Shown one piece after another: positions 9,096 through 18,361 of a stretch of 64,000 nucleotides of DNA. A model generated the notes under the pieces. That model was not told the origin of the DNA, searched no databases, and saw only the letters and a program-made list of their open reading frames with translations. The stretch comes from an uncultured Alistipes sp. (GTDB lineage: Bacteria > Bacteroidota > Bacteroidia > Bacteroidales > Rikenellaceae). The position numbers were made by a program, and so were the translations under genes. Every line of letters begins with the position of its first letter. The stretch's first letter is position 1. The stretch lies in NCBI GenBank assembly GCA_900553175.1, contig USCH01000003.1, positions 10,553-74,552 on the forward strand, in the 5' to 3' direction.

Positions 9096-10031
9096 TTATT
9101 TGACGAACTTGGCTGCGTTGAGGTATTCCGCACTCTTGCGTGCGGCTTCGAAGACCTCTTCGGTGATCTCCTCCTGCGTGTATCGGCTGCCGTCGGCATG
9201 GGTCTTTTCGGCCAGCTCCCTCGGAGTTTCGATCTCGACGAAGTATTCGCTCATGCCGTTTTTGCGGAACTGTCTGAAGATGCCCTCGAAGTCGATCTTT
9301 CCGCTTTCGCCGATGACGAAATGGTCCTTGACGTGCAGCAGCTCGATGCGTTCGGGGTATTTTTTCAGATAGGCGACGGGGTCCTGACCTCCCTCCGTGC
9401 ACCAGTATACGTCCAGTTCGAAACATACGTAGCGGGGATCGGTGTGCTCCACCATGTATTCCCAAATGAGGCGGTCGCTGTCCTGGAGCTTGGCGTATTC
9501 GTGGGCGTGGTTGTGGTAGCCCAGTTTGAGCCCGTATTCGGCTGCGATGCGTCCGACGCGGTTGAAGTAGTCGCACATGCGCTGCACTTCGGCGACCGTG
9601 CCGCCCACCTGGTAGCTGGGAATGACGAAATATCGGCCGCCGCATGCCTTCTGGATGGCGAACAGCCGGTGCCAGCGCTGCATGATCTCCTCTTCGCGGG
9701 CCGGGTCCTCCTGAAGCCCCGAGTGGGTCGAACCGATCGTCGCGCCGTTCCGGTCGCACAGGGCGCGGAACTCATCGGCCGGAAGTCCGAACACCTTGTC
9801 GTCTCCGCCCCATTGCACCAGCTCGAAAGAGCGGTAGCCCATGTCGGTCAGACGTTCGATCGTGCGGGTGGGGTTCTGCTGCACGGCGCTCATCACCGAA
9901 TAGAGCTGGATGCCGATTTTCTTGTTCTTTCCGGCTGCGGCCGTCTGGGGTGCGGCCAGAAGCAGCAGGGCTGCGGCGGGAGCGGCGACGGATGCCAGCA
10001 TGCGCGCTGCGTGGAGGATGGTTTTTTTCAT
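9096..10031 (-). CDS. Xylose-isomerase-like TIM-barrel protein (sugar phosphate isomerase/epimerase family; probable 3-keto-glycoside lyase), secreted
   Basis: Sec signal MKKTILH...AAA; IGIQLYSV, LGYHNHAHE, FELDVYW, LLHVKD and YFVEIE metal motifs. Confidence 0.85.
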   Translation of the reverse strand: MKKTILHAARMLASVAAPAAALLLLAAPQTAAAGKNKKIGIQLYSVMSAVQQNPTRTIERLTDMGYRSFELVQWGGDDKVFGLPADEFRALCDRNGATIGSTHSGLQEDPAREEEIMQRWHRLFAIQKACGGRYFVIPSYQVGGTVAEVQRMCDYFNRVGRIAAEYGLKLGYHNHAHEYAKLQDSDRLIWEYMVEHTDPRYVCFELDVYWCTEGGQDPVAYLKKYPERIELLHVKDHFVIGESGKIDFEGIFRQFRKNGMSEYFVEIETPRELAEKTHADGSRYTQEEITEEVFEAARKSAEYLNAAKFVK

Positions 10032-10212
10032 GTTTTTGGGTTTGAGTGGATTGCGTCGAATAAAGGCCGGACGTCTGCCCGGATGCCATTTTCCTGGTAA
10101 AGTTACGGTTTTAAATCCGGTTCCGATTGCTTTATTTTCGCAAATTATTGTTCTATATTTGCATTTTGGAAATGTAACCCTCTTTCGGGGCGCTTTTTTT
10201 ATCGTTTTTGTC

Positions 10213-11220
10213 ATGATGTCGTGCTGCGAACCCTCGTTTTCGTTTCAGGAAAGGCCCCTTTCGCCCGGTGAACGGATCGGCGGCGGGCGGTCGTCGTCGT
10301 GGGTGCTTTCGTGTGCCGTTGCGCAAGTGTGCGGAGCGGATGGAGCCCCGTCCGGCATGCGCGGTCGCGGGGAGGCGGTGCCGCCTCCTTCCGGAGCGGC
10401 GGACCGGTCGGATGCCGATCCATCGGATGCCGTTCCGCCGGTCGACGGTTCGGCGGACGCCGCTCCTGCGGATGTCGGGCGCGGGGAGCGTCCGGTCTGT
10501 CTGACGGCCGTTTTCTCCGATCGGTTTCTGGACGGATGCGCCTCGTCCTTTCCCGAATTGCGCCTTCCCGTGGAGCGCCTGCGCGGAATTCGCGGAGCGG
10601 CGGCCTACGAGGGGGAGACGGCCCGACGGATTGCGGAACTGCTGTGCGCCATGCGCGACGAGGATGCCGTCGGCCGGCTGGCGCTGCTGATCCGTCTGCT
10701 GCCGCTCCTCTCTGCGGCGGCGGATGCTCCGGCCGCCGGCCCGCGGAAAGCGGCGGAGAGACGGCAGGAGCGCCTGGACCGGGTTCGCGCCTATGTGGCC
10801 CGCAATGCCGCCCGCGACTGCACGCTGGGCGCCGCAGCGCAGTACGCCGGGATGAACAAATCGGCTTTCTGCCTCTTTTTCCGACAGGCCGCCGGGCGGA
10901 CCTTCACCGCCTACGTCAACGAATACCGCATCGCCCAGGCCTGCAAGCTGCTCCTGCGCCGTGAGATGTCCGTTTCGGAGGTCTGTTACAGCGTCGGGTT
11001 CCGCAACGAGCCCTATTTCAACCGGACGTTCCGGAAGATCGCGGGAAGCTCTCCCCTGCAATTCGCCGCCACGGCCGGCCGCACCGCATCCGCCGAAGCG
11101 GAGGCCGCGGGGGCGGCACCCTGTTTCCGCTCCGGCGACGAAACCTCCGAGGCGGCCGTTGTCCGAAAAGGATATTTTTGTTACCTTTGCCCTCCGGAAC
11201 CCGATCCGTCAGACCGATGA
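10213..11220 (+). CDS. AraC-family transcriptional regulator with degenerate N-terminal domain
   Basis: C-terminal AAQYAGMNKSAFCLFFRQ...EYRIAQACKLL...VSEVCYSVGFRNEPYFNRTFRK; TATATTTG promoter at 10154-10161. Confidence 0.8.
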   Translation: MMSCCEPSFSFQERPLSPGERIGGGRSSSWVLSCAVAQVCGADGAPSGMRGRGEAVPPPSGAADRSDADPSDAVPPVDGSADAAPADVGRGERPVCLTAVFSDRFLDGCASSFPELRLPVERLRGIRGAAAYEGETARRIAELLCAMRDEDAVGRLALLIRLLPLLSAAADAPAAGPRKAAERRQERLDRVRAYVARNAARDCTLGAAAQYAGMNKSAFCLFFRQAAGRTFTAYVNEYRIAQACKLLLRREMSVSEVCYSVGFRNEPYFNRTFRKIAGSSPLQFAATAGRTASAEAEAAGAAPCFRSGDETSEAAVVRKGYFCYLCPPEPDPSDR

Positions 11221-12920
11221 ATCCGCTGAAAAAGACATACGTTTCGCTGGGGGCCGATGCCGCGGTCGCGCTGTGGCTCGTCGTGTGGTGGGTTTGCAAC
11301 CTGTTGCAGGCTTCCTTCTCCGAGCTGGCCAACGACGAAGCCTACTACTGGATTTTCGCCCGCGAGCTGGCCTGGGGCTATTTCGACCATCCGCCCGTGA
11401 CGGCGCTGCTGGTCCGGGCCGGCGGGCTTCTCTTCGGCGGCGAACTGGGCGTGAGGCTTCTCTTCACGCTGCTGCAACCGCTCTACCTTTGGATTCTGTG
11501 GCGGCTGGTCCGCCCCTCCGACGCTTCGCGGCGCGACGGCGAGCTGTTCGTGCTCGTGGCGGCCGCCACGCTCATGCTCCAGCTCTACGGGTTCATCGCC
11601 GTGCCCGACGGGCCGCTGCTGATGACCGCGGCGCTGTTTCTATGGGCGCTGCGCCTCTTCGCCGACGGCCGGCGCGGGGCGTGGCTCCTCCTGGGCGCGA
11701 CGATGGCCCTGATGGCCTATAGCAAATACCACGGAGCGCTGGTGGTGCTCTTCGCGCTGGCGGCCAATCCGCGGCTTCTGAAGCGGCCGACGCTCTATCT
11801 GAGCGGCGCCGTGACGCTGGCTCTGCTGGTGCCGCACCTGCTGTGGCAGTACCACCACGACTGGGTGTCGCTGGCCTACCACCTCGCAGGGCGCAACGGC
11901 GCGTTCCGCTGGAGCCATGTCACCGATTTCGCGGCCAACATGCTCGTGGTCTTCAACCCGCTGTTCGTGCCGCTCTACGTGCAGGCGTGGCGCAAAACCC
12001 GTGCGGACGATGCCGTGCGGCAGACCCTGCGCCTCTTTCCCCCGGCTTTCATGGGGTTTTTCCTCCTCTCCTCGCTGCGGGGTTATGTCCAGCCGCAATG
12101 GACGATCGTGGCTGCGCTCGGCCTCGTGTATCTGCTCTTCGACTATGCGCGGCGCCACGCCCGCACGCGGCGCTACGTCATGCGGGCCGGATGGGCGACC
12201 CTCGCGATGGCGGCTCTCGTGCGTCTGGTGATGATCTTCAACCCGCTGCACATCCGCTACGAGGTCTTCGACAACCGCGCGAGCTACGACACGATCGCCC
12301 GCATTGCCGACGGGCGCCCCGTCATCTTCCGCGACCGCTACTCGGTGGCGGCCAAATATGCCTTCTACACGGGCGGCGAGACCTACTGCCAGCCCAACCT
12401 CCACTACCGCACCCACCAGTGGCAGTTGCGCGACGACGATACGCGCTTCGCAGGCCGCGAGGTGGTGCTCGAAACCTCTCCCCGCCCGGCGGGCGATACG
12501 CTGCTGCGCACCCGAAGCGTCGAACTGGCCAACGGCAAGTGGTTCACCTGGACCGTCGTCGACGATTTCCGGCCCGTGCGGCTGGTCGACGTCGTGTGCC
12601 GGTGGCCGCAGAGCGTGCGGCCCGGCGAGAGCCTGCGCCTCGAACTGCGGATGGAGAATCCCTACCCCTACGCCATCGAAATCGGCGGTGAAACGACCCT
12701 CGTGCTCGTGGCGCGCAGCCGCGAGCGGGGCATCGAGGAGTTTCCGACGGAGGTCGCCGCCACGCTTCCGGCCGGAGGCTCGGTGACTGCCGAGGTCGGC
12801 TTCCGCGTGCCCGAAGCATGGGCCGGCACAAAGCCCGAGGTGGGCTTCACGCTGCGGCGCGAGGGTTACACGTATTGGTTCAACGGAAAATCCCGCCGTC
12901 TGCGGGTCGAAAAACAATGA
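11217..12920 (+). CDS. ArnT/PMT-like GT-C glycosyltransferase (GT39/GT83-like)
   Basis: NDEAYYW, LAWGYFDHPP, VPDGPL and YSKYHG motifs; multiple TM segments; TACCTTTG promoter at 11182-11189. Confidence 0.88.
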   Translation: MNPLKKTYVSLGADAAVALWLVVWWVCNLLQASFSELANDEAYYWIFARELAWGYFDHPPVTALLVRAGGLLFGGELGVRLLFTLLQPLYLWILWRLVRPSDASRRDGELFVLVAAATLMLQLYGFIAVPDGPLLMTAALFLWALRLFADGRRGAWLLLGATMALMAYSKYHGALVVLFALAANPRLLKRPTLYLSGAVTLALLVPHLLWQYHHDWVSLAYHLAGRNGAFRWSHVTDFAANMLVVFNPLFVPLYVQAWRKTRADDAVRQTLRLFPPAFMGFFLLSSLRGYVQPQWTIVAALGLVYLLFDYARRHARTRRYVMRAGWATLAMAALVRLVMIFNPLHIRYEVFDNRASYDTIARIADGRPVIFRDRYSVAAKYAFYTGGETYCQPNLHYRTHQWQLRDDDTRFAGREVVLETSPRPAGDTLLRTRSVELANGKWFTWTVVDDFRPVRLVDVVCRWPQSVRPGESLRLELRMENPYPYAIEIGGETTLVLVARSRERGIEEFPTEVAATLPAGGSVTAEVGFRVPEAWAGTKPEVGFTLRREGYTYWFNGKSRRLRVEKQ

Positions 12921-13285
12921 TCGAACAATTCATCCGATTCTGTGTCGTCGGCGGGTCCGGCGTCTTCGTCGACTTCGGCTTTACGTACCTCTGCAAGGAG
13001 TGGCTGCGCCTGAACAAGTACATCGCCAACTCGATCGGCTTTCTGTGCGCCTCGACGAGCAATTACATATTCAACCGTGTCTGGACGTTTCACAACGCCG
13101 ATCCCGACATCGCCGCGCAATACCTGCGCTTTCTGGGCATCGCGGCCATAGGTCTGGCGCTCAATAACCTGGGCATCTGGGTGCTGCACCACCGCTTCGG
13201 GATGAACTTCTATCTGGCCAAACTCTTCTCGCTGGGGCTGGTGACCTTCTGGAACTTCTTCATGAACTACTTCTTCAACTTCTGA
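12917..13285 (+). CDS. GtrA-family lipid-linked sugar flippase
   Basis: QFIRFCVVGGSG...NYIFNRVWTF...AKL...WNFFMN; ATGA overlap with the upstream GT. Confidence 0.9.
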   Translation: MIEQFIRFCVVGGSGVFVDFGFTYLCKEWLRLNKYIANSIGFLCASTSNYIFNRVWTFHNADPDIAAQYLRFLGIAAIGLALNNLGIWVLHHRFGMNFYLAKLFSLGLVTFWNFFMNYFFNF

Positions 13286-13304
13286 CGAGGGGGCTGCGGT
13301 CCGC

Positions 13305-13323
13305 CCGGCTCTTTCGGAGCCGG
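13305..13323. terminator. Hairpin between convergent gtrA and GT87 genes
   Basis: CCGGCTC-TTTCG-GAGCCGG. Confidence 0.45.
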
Positions 13324-13328
13324 CCCGC

Positions 13329-14600
13329 CTAAAGACCGGCTTGAGGCTCGCTCCGCAGCTGCTGCGGCATCCGCACCAGCGTCGTCCAGACGATCCGCAG
13401 CCACAGGGCGAGGAAGAGCCACAGGTTGAGCTGCCAGCCGAAGAAAAACTCCATCACGGAGGGCGGGCACAGCACGTCGACCGGCATGACGACCAGCACG
13501 GCGAAGACGGCCCAGAACATCGTGCGGTCGAATGCCGTCAGGGCTCCCGCACGGCGCATCGTCCAGTACCACAGCATGTAACCCGCCAGAGCGATGCAGT
13601 AGGTGTGGCGCTCGCTCGAGTTGCTGAAGAAGATCACGTAGCCCATCAGAGCCGCCAGACAGCCGATGCGGAAAAATTCGTTGCACCACCTCCGCCGGTC
13701 GAGCAGTAGTCCCGCGCCTAAAGCGGCCAATACGCCCGCCTGCACCCATGTCTGTATGCGCAGCAGGTTGAACGGCCGCAGGTAGAAGACGGTCATCCAC
13801 GTGCGCGTATCCTTGTGCGAGGTCAGCGCCCCCACCCACTCGCCGTACCAGCCGGGCAGCCCCTCCCACGTGGTGCCGATGGCCGGTACGACCAGCAGCA
13901 CCGCACCGATCGCCGCGGCATAGGCCGCATTGCGCCAGAAGCGGGGATAGCAGACGAGCAGCCCCAGCTGGAAGATGCCGTAAATCTTCGTGAAGCCGGA
14001 CAGCAGGATGAGCAGCACGGCCCAGAATCCTTTGTCGCGCTCCAGCAGCGAGTAGGCGAAAAGGAAGATGCTGCCCACCAGCGGGTTGTACTGGAACGAG
14101 AGCAGCGTGCAGGCCAGAATCAGGAAGGTATAGAGAAAGGTTTTGCACTTCTCCTCGCGCGTGAAGCGCGCGGGCAGGGTGAAGATCGCCGCGAACCACG
14201 CGGTGAAGTTGAAGAGGTTCCAGACGAAAGGCCCCAGCCAGGCGGGCAGAAAGGCGAACGGCGCGAAAAGCACGTTGAAGAGCGGACCGTAGAGGAAATA
14301 GTCGAGCTCCATGCCCGCCGGGGGCCAGTTGGCGCCGTAGGGCGGTATCTGCTGCCAGAAAAGACGCGTCGACTCGGCGAAGATCATGAAGTTGCGGTGG
14401 CGTCCGCGCGAAACCTCGGCGAAGGTGAGCGCCAGCACCACCAGAAAGCCCAATATATAGAGGTTGCGCGGCGAGAGGAAGAAAGCCCCGATCCGCCGCC
14501 ACGCGCTGCTGCCGCCCGCCATTTCGCCGTTTGCAGCGGCTTGGGGCTCCGTTTTGCCGTCACCCCGCACCCCCGGCCTCTTTTCGCCGTCCGCAGCCAT
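13329..14600 (-). CDS. GT87/DUF2029 polyprenol-P-sugar-dependent glycosyltransferase (alpha-mannosyltransferase-like)
   Basis: NFMIF, DYFLYGPLFNVLFAPFAFLP, FQYNPL and GFTKIYG motifs; polytopic; TAATG overlap with the dpm1-like gene. Confidence 0.82.
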   Translation of the reverse strand: MAADGEKRPGVRGDGKTEPQAAANGEMAGGSSAWRRIGAFFLSPRNLYILGFLVVLALTFAEVSRGRHRNFMIFAESTRLFWQQIPPYGANWPPAGMELDYFLYGPLFNVLFAPFAFLPAWLGPFVWNLFNFTAWFAAIFTLPARFTREEKCKTFLYTFLILACTLLSFQYNPLVGSIFLFAYSLLERDKGFWAVLLILLSGFTKIYGIFQLGLLVCYPRFWRNAAYAAAIGAVLLVVPAIGTTWEGLPGWYGEWVGALTSHKDTRTWMTVFYLRPFNLLRIQTWVQAGVLAALGAGLLLDRRRWCNEFFRIGCLAALMGYVIFFSNSSERHTYCIALAGYMLWYWTMRRAGALTAFDRTMFWAVFAVLVVMPVDVLCPPSVMEFFFGWQLNLWLFLALWLRIVWTTLVRMPQQLRSEPQAGL

Positions 14601-15319
14601 TACTTCCGGGCGCGGATTTTGCGGAAAGGCAGGCCCATCACGCCGAAGAAGGCTTCGCCGAAGATGCCGCCGCTCATCTTGGAGGTGCCCTCCTGACGGT
14701 CGACGAAGACGATCGACACCTCCTCGATCTTCATGCCGAGGCGCCAGGCCGTGTATTTCATCTCGATCTGGAAGCCGTAGCCCTTCATCTTCACGCGGTC
14801 GAGGTCGATGGTCTCCAGCGCCCGGCGCGAGTAGCAGACGAATCCGGCGGTGGCGTCGTGCACCGGCATGCGGGTGACCGTGCGCACGTATTTCGAAGCG
14901 AAGTAGGACATCAGCAGCCGCGACATGGGCCAGTTGACCACGTTCACGCCCTTGACATAGCGCGAGCCGACCACCACGTCGCTGCCCGCCTCGGCGGCGG
15001 CGAACAGACGCAGCAGGTCGTCGGGGTTGTGCGAGAAGTCGCAGTCCATTTCGCACATGTGGTCGAAACCGTGCTCCAGCCCCCAGCGGAAGCCCGTCAG
15101 GTAGGCCGTGCCGAGCCCCAGCTTGCCGCTGCGTTCGATGAGGTGCAGCGTGGCGGGAAACTCTTTCTGCCGCTCCTTGACGATCGAGGCCGTGCCGTCG
15201 GGCGAGCCGTCGTCGATGATGAGCACCTCGAAGGGCTCGCTCAGCGAGAACACCTTGTCGATCATGGCCGAGACGTTCTCTTTCTCGTTATAGGTGGGGA
15301 TGATTACCAGTCTGCGCAT
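14600..15319 (-). CDS. Polyprenol monophosphomannose synthase (GT2, Dpm1/Ppm1-like)
   Basis: VIIPTYNEKEN, IIDDGSPDGT, GLGTAY, EMDCDFSH, VVVGSRY, DATAGF and FVDRQEGTSKMS motifs. Confidence 0.92.
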   Translation of the reverse strand: MRRLVIIPTYNEKENVSAMIDKVFSLSEPFEVLIIDDGSPDGTASIVKERQKEFPATLHLIERSGKLGLGTAYLTGFRWGLEHGFDHMCEMDCDFSHNPDDLLRLFAAAEAGSDVVVGSRYVKGVNVVNWPMSRLLMSYFASKYVRTVTRMPVHDATAGFVCYSRRALETIDLDRVKMKGYGFQIEMKYTAWRLGMKIEEVSIVFVDRQEGTSKMSGGIFGEAFFGVMGLPFRKIRARK

Positions 15320-15448
15320 GGGTTTTCGGTTTTTGCTTCTGCGAAGATAGCTTTTTTTTTCGAAATACGAAATTCGGAGCGGGATATGTTTGCGGACCGC
15401 ACTCCGTGCGTCCGGAAATCCGCCCTGCCTCGTATCCGGGACTCCGCT

Positions 15449-16129
15449 TTACCTCGCTTTCCGCTTCATCGCCCTGATGCGGGCCTTCTGTTCGGGGGTC
15501 GCACGCAGCGACTCCGCGATCTTTTGCAGCGCCTTGTTGTAGGTCCAGTCGCACAGGGGGCAGTCGCGCCGCAGCCACTCCTCGGTGCGCTCCGGAAACT
15601 TCACGTAGCAGACCGATACGGCCCACGCCACGCCCATGCGCGCGTAGTAACCCTTGTGGCTTACGGTGCCCAGCAGCTCCAGCAGCCGGTCGAGGTGCTC
15701 CTCGTCGACGAAGTTGGAGAGGGCCGTCACCACCGCGAAGCGCACCTCGTATTCGCCCGCCGCATGGAAGCGGGGAAGAATGAATTCCCACATCGGCTCG
15801 CGCTCGGCCGCCTTCAGGCGCCAGCAGCAGCAGTCGCACACGGCCCAGTTGCCGATCTTCGGGACGAAGCGGGCTGTGTGGCCGATCTTTTCGTCGGGCG
15901 CACACTTCGCATAGCCGATCACCAGCCCTTGCAGCATGCGCTCCTCGAAGTAGTCGCCGGGGGCCGTCGCGAGCCATTCGCGCCATGCGCCGCGGGCGAT
16001 CTCGCGGGCGATGGCCCGCAATTCGGGCAGACGCACGCCGATCATCGGCCCGGCTCCGGGCGTGAGCGAAGCGCTGAAATCGCGGTAGCGGGTGTCGGCC
16101 ATCCGGAAAAGTCGTTCGCGCAGGGTCAT
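15449..16129 (-). CDS. alkD: DNA alkylation repair protein (AlkD-like HEAT repeat)
   Basis: IGVRLPELRAIA, FEERML, NWAVCD, YYARMGVAWAVS and WTYNKALQKIAES motifs. Confidence 0.85.
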   Translation of the reverse strand: MTLRERLFRMADTRYRDFSASLTPGAGPMIGVRLPELRAIAREIARGAWREWLATAPGDYFEERMLQGLVIGYAKCAPDEKIGHTARFVPKIGNWAVCDCCCWRLKAAEREPMWEFILPRFHAAGEYEVRFAVVTALSNFVDEEHLDRLLELLGTVSHKGYYARMGVAWAVSVCYVKFPERTEEWLRRDCPLCDWTYNKALQKIAESLRATPEQKARIRAMKRKAR

Positions 16130-18180
16130 CGTTTGTCGAATTTAGGGGTGATGCTCAGGTAAAACGAGGCGTGCAGCCGCGGCATGGGGCGCGAGAGGAC
16201 CGATTCGTACTCCTCGTTGAGCAGGTTGTGGATGCAGCCTTTCAGCGAGAGGTCCGCCCGGCGGAAAACCAGACTCTTTTCGAGCGAGAGGTCGCTCATG
16301 AAGTAGGGCTTCACGCGGCCCAGCACCCCCAGGTCGTTGCTCGTCATCGTGTAGCGCTCGCTGTAGAAGGTCCATTTGTAGGCCAGCGTCCAGCGGTGCC
16401 ACGAGGCCCGGGCGTTGAGGGCCGCCGAGTGCACGGGGATGTAAACCAGCTGGCGCCCCACCGACTCGTCGGCCGCCGAGAAACGGTCGCCGCGGTTGAT
16501 CGAACGGGTCCAGGCGTAGTGTCCGTCGAGCGCCAGACGCCAGTGCCGGCCCACCGAGGTTTCGGCCGCGAGTTTGCATTCGGTGCCGTAACTCTCCACG
16601 CGCCGGATGTTGAGCGGGGTGTAGATTCCCGTCTTGGCGCTTCCGATCCACAGAATCCAGTCGTCGATGAGCGAGCGGAACGCCGTCGCCGAGAGATGCA
16701 GCGACCCGCGGGCGCTGCGCACCGTGCTCTCCGCACCCGCATCGAACGTCCATCCCCGCTCGGGGCGCAGGTTCTTGTTGCCGCCCGGCCGGAAGTAGAG
16801 GTCGTTGAGGGTGGGATGGCGGTAGTTGCGGGCCGCCGAGGCCTTGACGATCACTTCGCCCCGCCGCGAGAGGGTCCAGTCGGCGAACAGGGCCGGAACG
16901 GGGTGTGCGGCACGGGTGCCGTAAAGCTCCCACCTCAGGTCCGCGGCCACGCCCAGCCGCTCCGTCGGGCGCCATTTGACGGCCGCGAATGCCGACAGTT
17001 CGAACCGCTCCTGACGGTAGAGCGTGTCGGCCCGGAGCCCCGTCGTGCGGTCGATGACCGAGAGGTCGCCGCTCTGCACGCGGTGCTGGTGGAGGGTGGC
17101 ATGGAGCGTGAAGAGCCATTTCTCGCCGACGGCCCGCTCCGCTTCGGCCTGCGCGAAGAGGGTGTGGATGCGGCTGCGGGCGTCGGTCATGGCGACGGGA
17201 TTGCCCGTGGCCTCGGGGTCGGCCAGCATCAGGTAGCGCAGGTCGGTGAAGGTGTAGCCGCCGCTGGCGGAGAGTTTCAGGTCGCCGCGCAGCCGCTCCC
17301 ACGAGGCTACGGCGCGCAGCGTGCGTTCGTCCTGTGTGTTCTTTTTCCGGCGGTCGGTGTTGCGGTCGGCCGAGAGGAGCGCCAGCCCGCGGTGCGAATC
17401 CATGTACCAGGCCGACAGCGAAAGCCGGTCGCCGCCGCGCGTGTGCAGGTAGAACTCCTGCATGGCGTGCAGGTCGCGGAATTCGCCGTTGCGGTTGCGC
17501 TGCAAGGGATAGCTGCTCCCCGTGATGCGCCCGTCGGCGTCGGTTTCGAACTGCTTGGTGTTGTAGTTGCGGAACCGGAAGTCGTTTTTCGACGTGCTGC
17601 ACAGCAGACGCGTCGAGCTGCTCCAGCGTCCGCCTCCGTAGGTCAGCCGCACGAATTCGTCGAAGGTGGTGAACGAACCCGCCCCCTGGATGTATTTGAG
17701 CCCCCAGCCCCGGTCGGCGGGGGCTTCGGTCCGGAGCGCCACGGCGCCGCCCAGCCCTCCGCCCGTGATGCCCACCGAGCTGGCCCCGTGGTAGACCGAC
17801 ACGTCGTCGATGAAGTAGGCGGGCAGGGTCGAGAAATCCACCTGCCCCAGCATGGGCGAGTTGATGCGCATGCGGTTCCACGTCACCTGCGTGTGCGAGG
17901 GGGCCGTGCCGCGGAACGAGGCGGTCGCGAGCGTCGCCCGGCCGTAGGACTTGATGAAGATCGTCGAGCCGGCGGCCAGTGCGTCGGCCAGCGACGAAGA
18001 GATGTTCTCGCGCAGCACGAGGCTGTCCACGACGGTGCGCTGCACGCCGATCTCCTTCAGAGGGCGGGCCGCCGAAACGGCTACCCGTTCGATGGCCACC
18101 GTGCGGGCCACGCTGTCGCTCTGCCCGGCGGCGGAGAGCGGGCAGAGAAGCGGCAGGGCGATGAGGAGAAGCGGACGCAT
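16126..18180 (-). CDS. btuB: TonB-dependent receptor, BtuB-like
   Basis: Plug motif FIKSYGRATLATASFRGTAPSHTQVTWN..INSPMLGQVDFS; PTLNDLY; C-terminal NLLNEEYESVLSRPMP; located in the cobalamin riboswitch locus. Confidence 0.85.
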   Translation of the reverse strand: MRPLLLIALPLLCPLSAAGQSDSVARTVAIERVAVSAARPLKEIGVQRTVVDSLVLRENISSSLADALAAGSTIFIKSYGRATLATASFRGTAPSHTQVTWNRMRINSPMLGQVDFSTLPAYFIDDVSVYHGASSVGITGGGLGGAVALRTEAPADRGWGLKYIQGAGSFTTFDEFVRLTYGGGRWSSSTRLLCSTSKNDFRFRNYNTKQFETDADGRITGSSYPLQRNRNGEFRDLHAMQEFYLHTRGGDRLSLSAWYMDSHRGLALLSADRNTDRRKKNTQDERTLRAVASWERLRGDLKLSASGGYTFTDLRYLMLADPEATGNPVAMTDARSRIHTLFAQAEAERAVGEKWLFTLHATLHQHRVQSGDLSVIDRTTGLRADTLYRQERFELSAFAAVKWRPTERLGVAADLRWELYGTRAAHPVPALFADWTLSRRGEVIVKASAARNYRHPTLNDLYFRPGGNKNLRPERGWTFDAGAESTVRSARGSLHLSATAFRSLIDDWILWIGSAKTGIYTPLNIRRVESYGTECKLAAETSVGRHWRLALDGHYAWTRSINRGDRFSAADESVGRQLVYIPVHSAALNARASWHRWTLAYKWTFYSERYTMTSNDLGVLGRVKPYFMSDLSLEKSLVFRRADLSLKGCIHNLLNEEYESVLSRPMPRLHASFYLSITPKFDKR

Positions 18181-18361
18181 GAGGCGAAGTTCGCAATTAA
18201 AATCGAAGCGTGGAAAGTTGAAATCTACCGCATTGTCGTTCTGTGCGAAGCGAAGGATCCGGTTTTCGGGCCGCAGCCAGCGGAGCGGGACCCGGAGGGT
18301 GCCGAACCTCCGCATCCGGGGGCTGCGGCCCGGCCGGCCCCGGTCCGTGTGAACGGGACGC

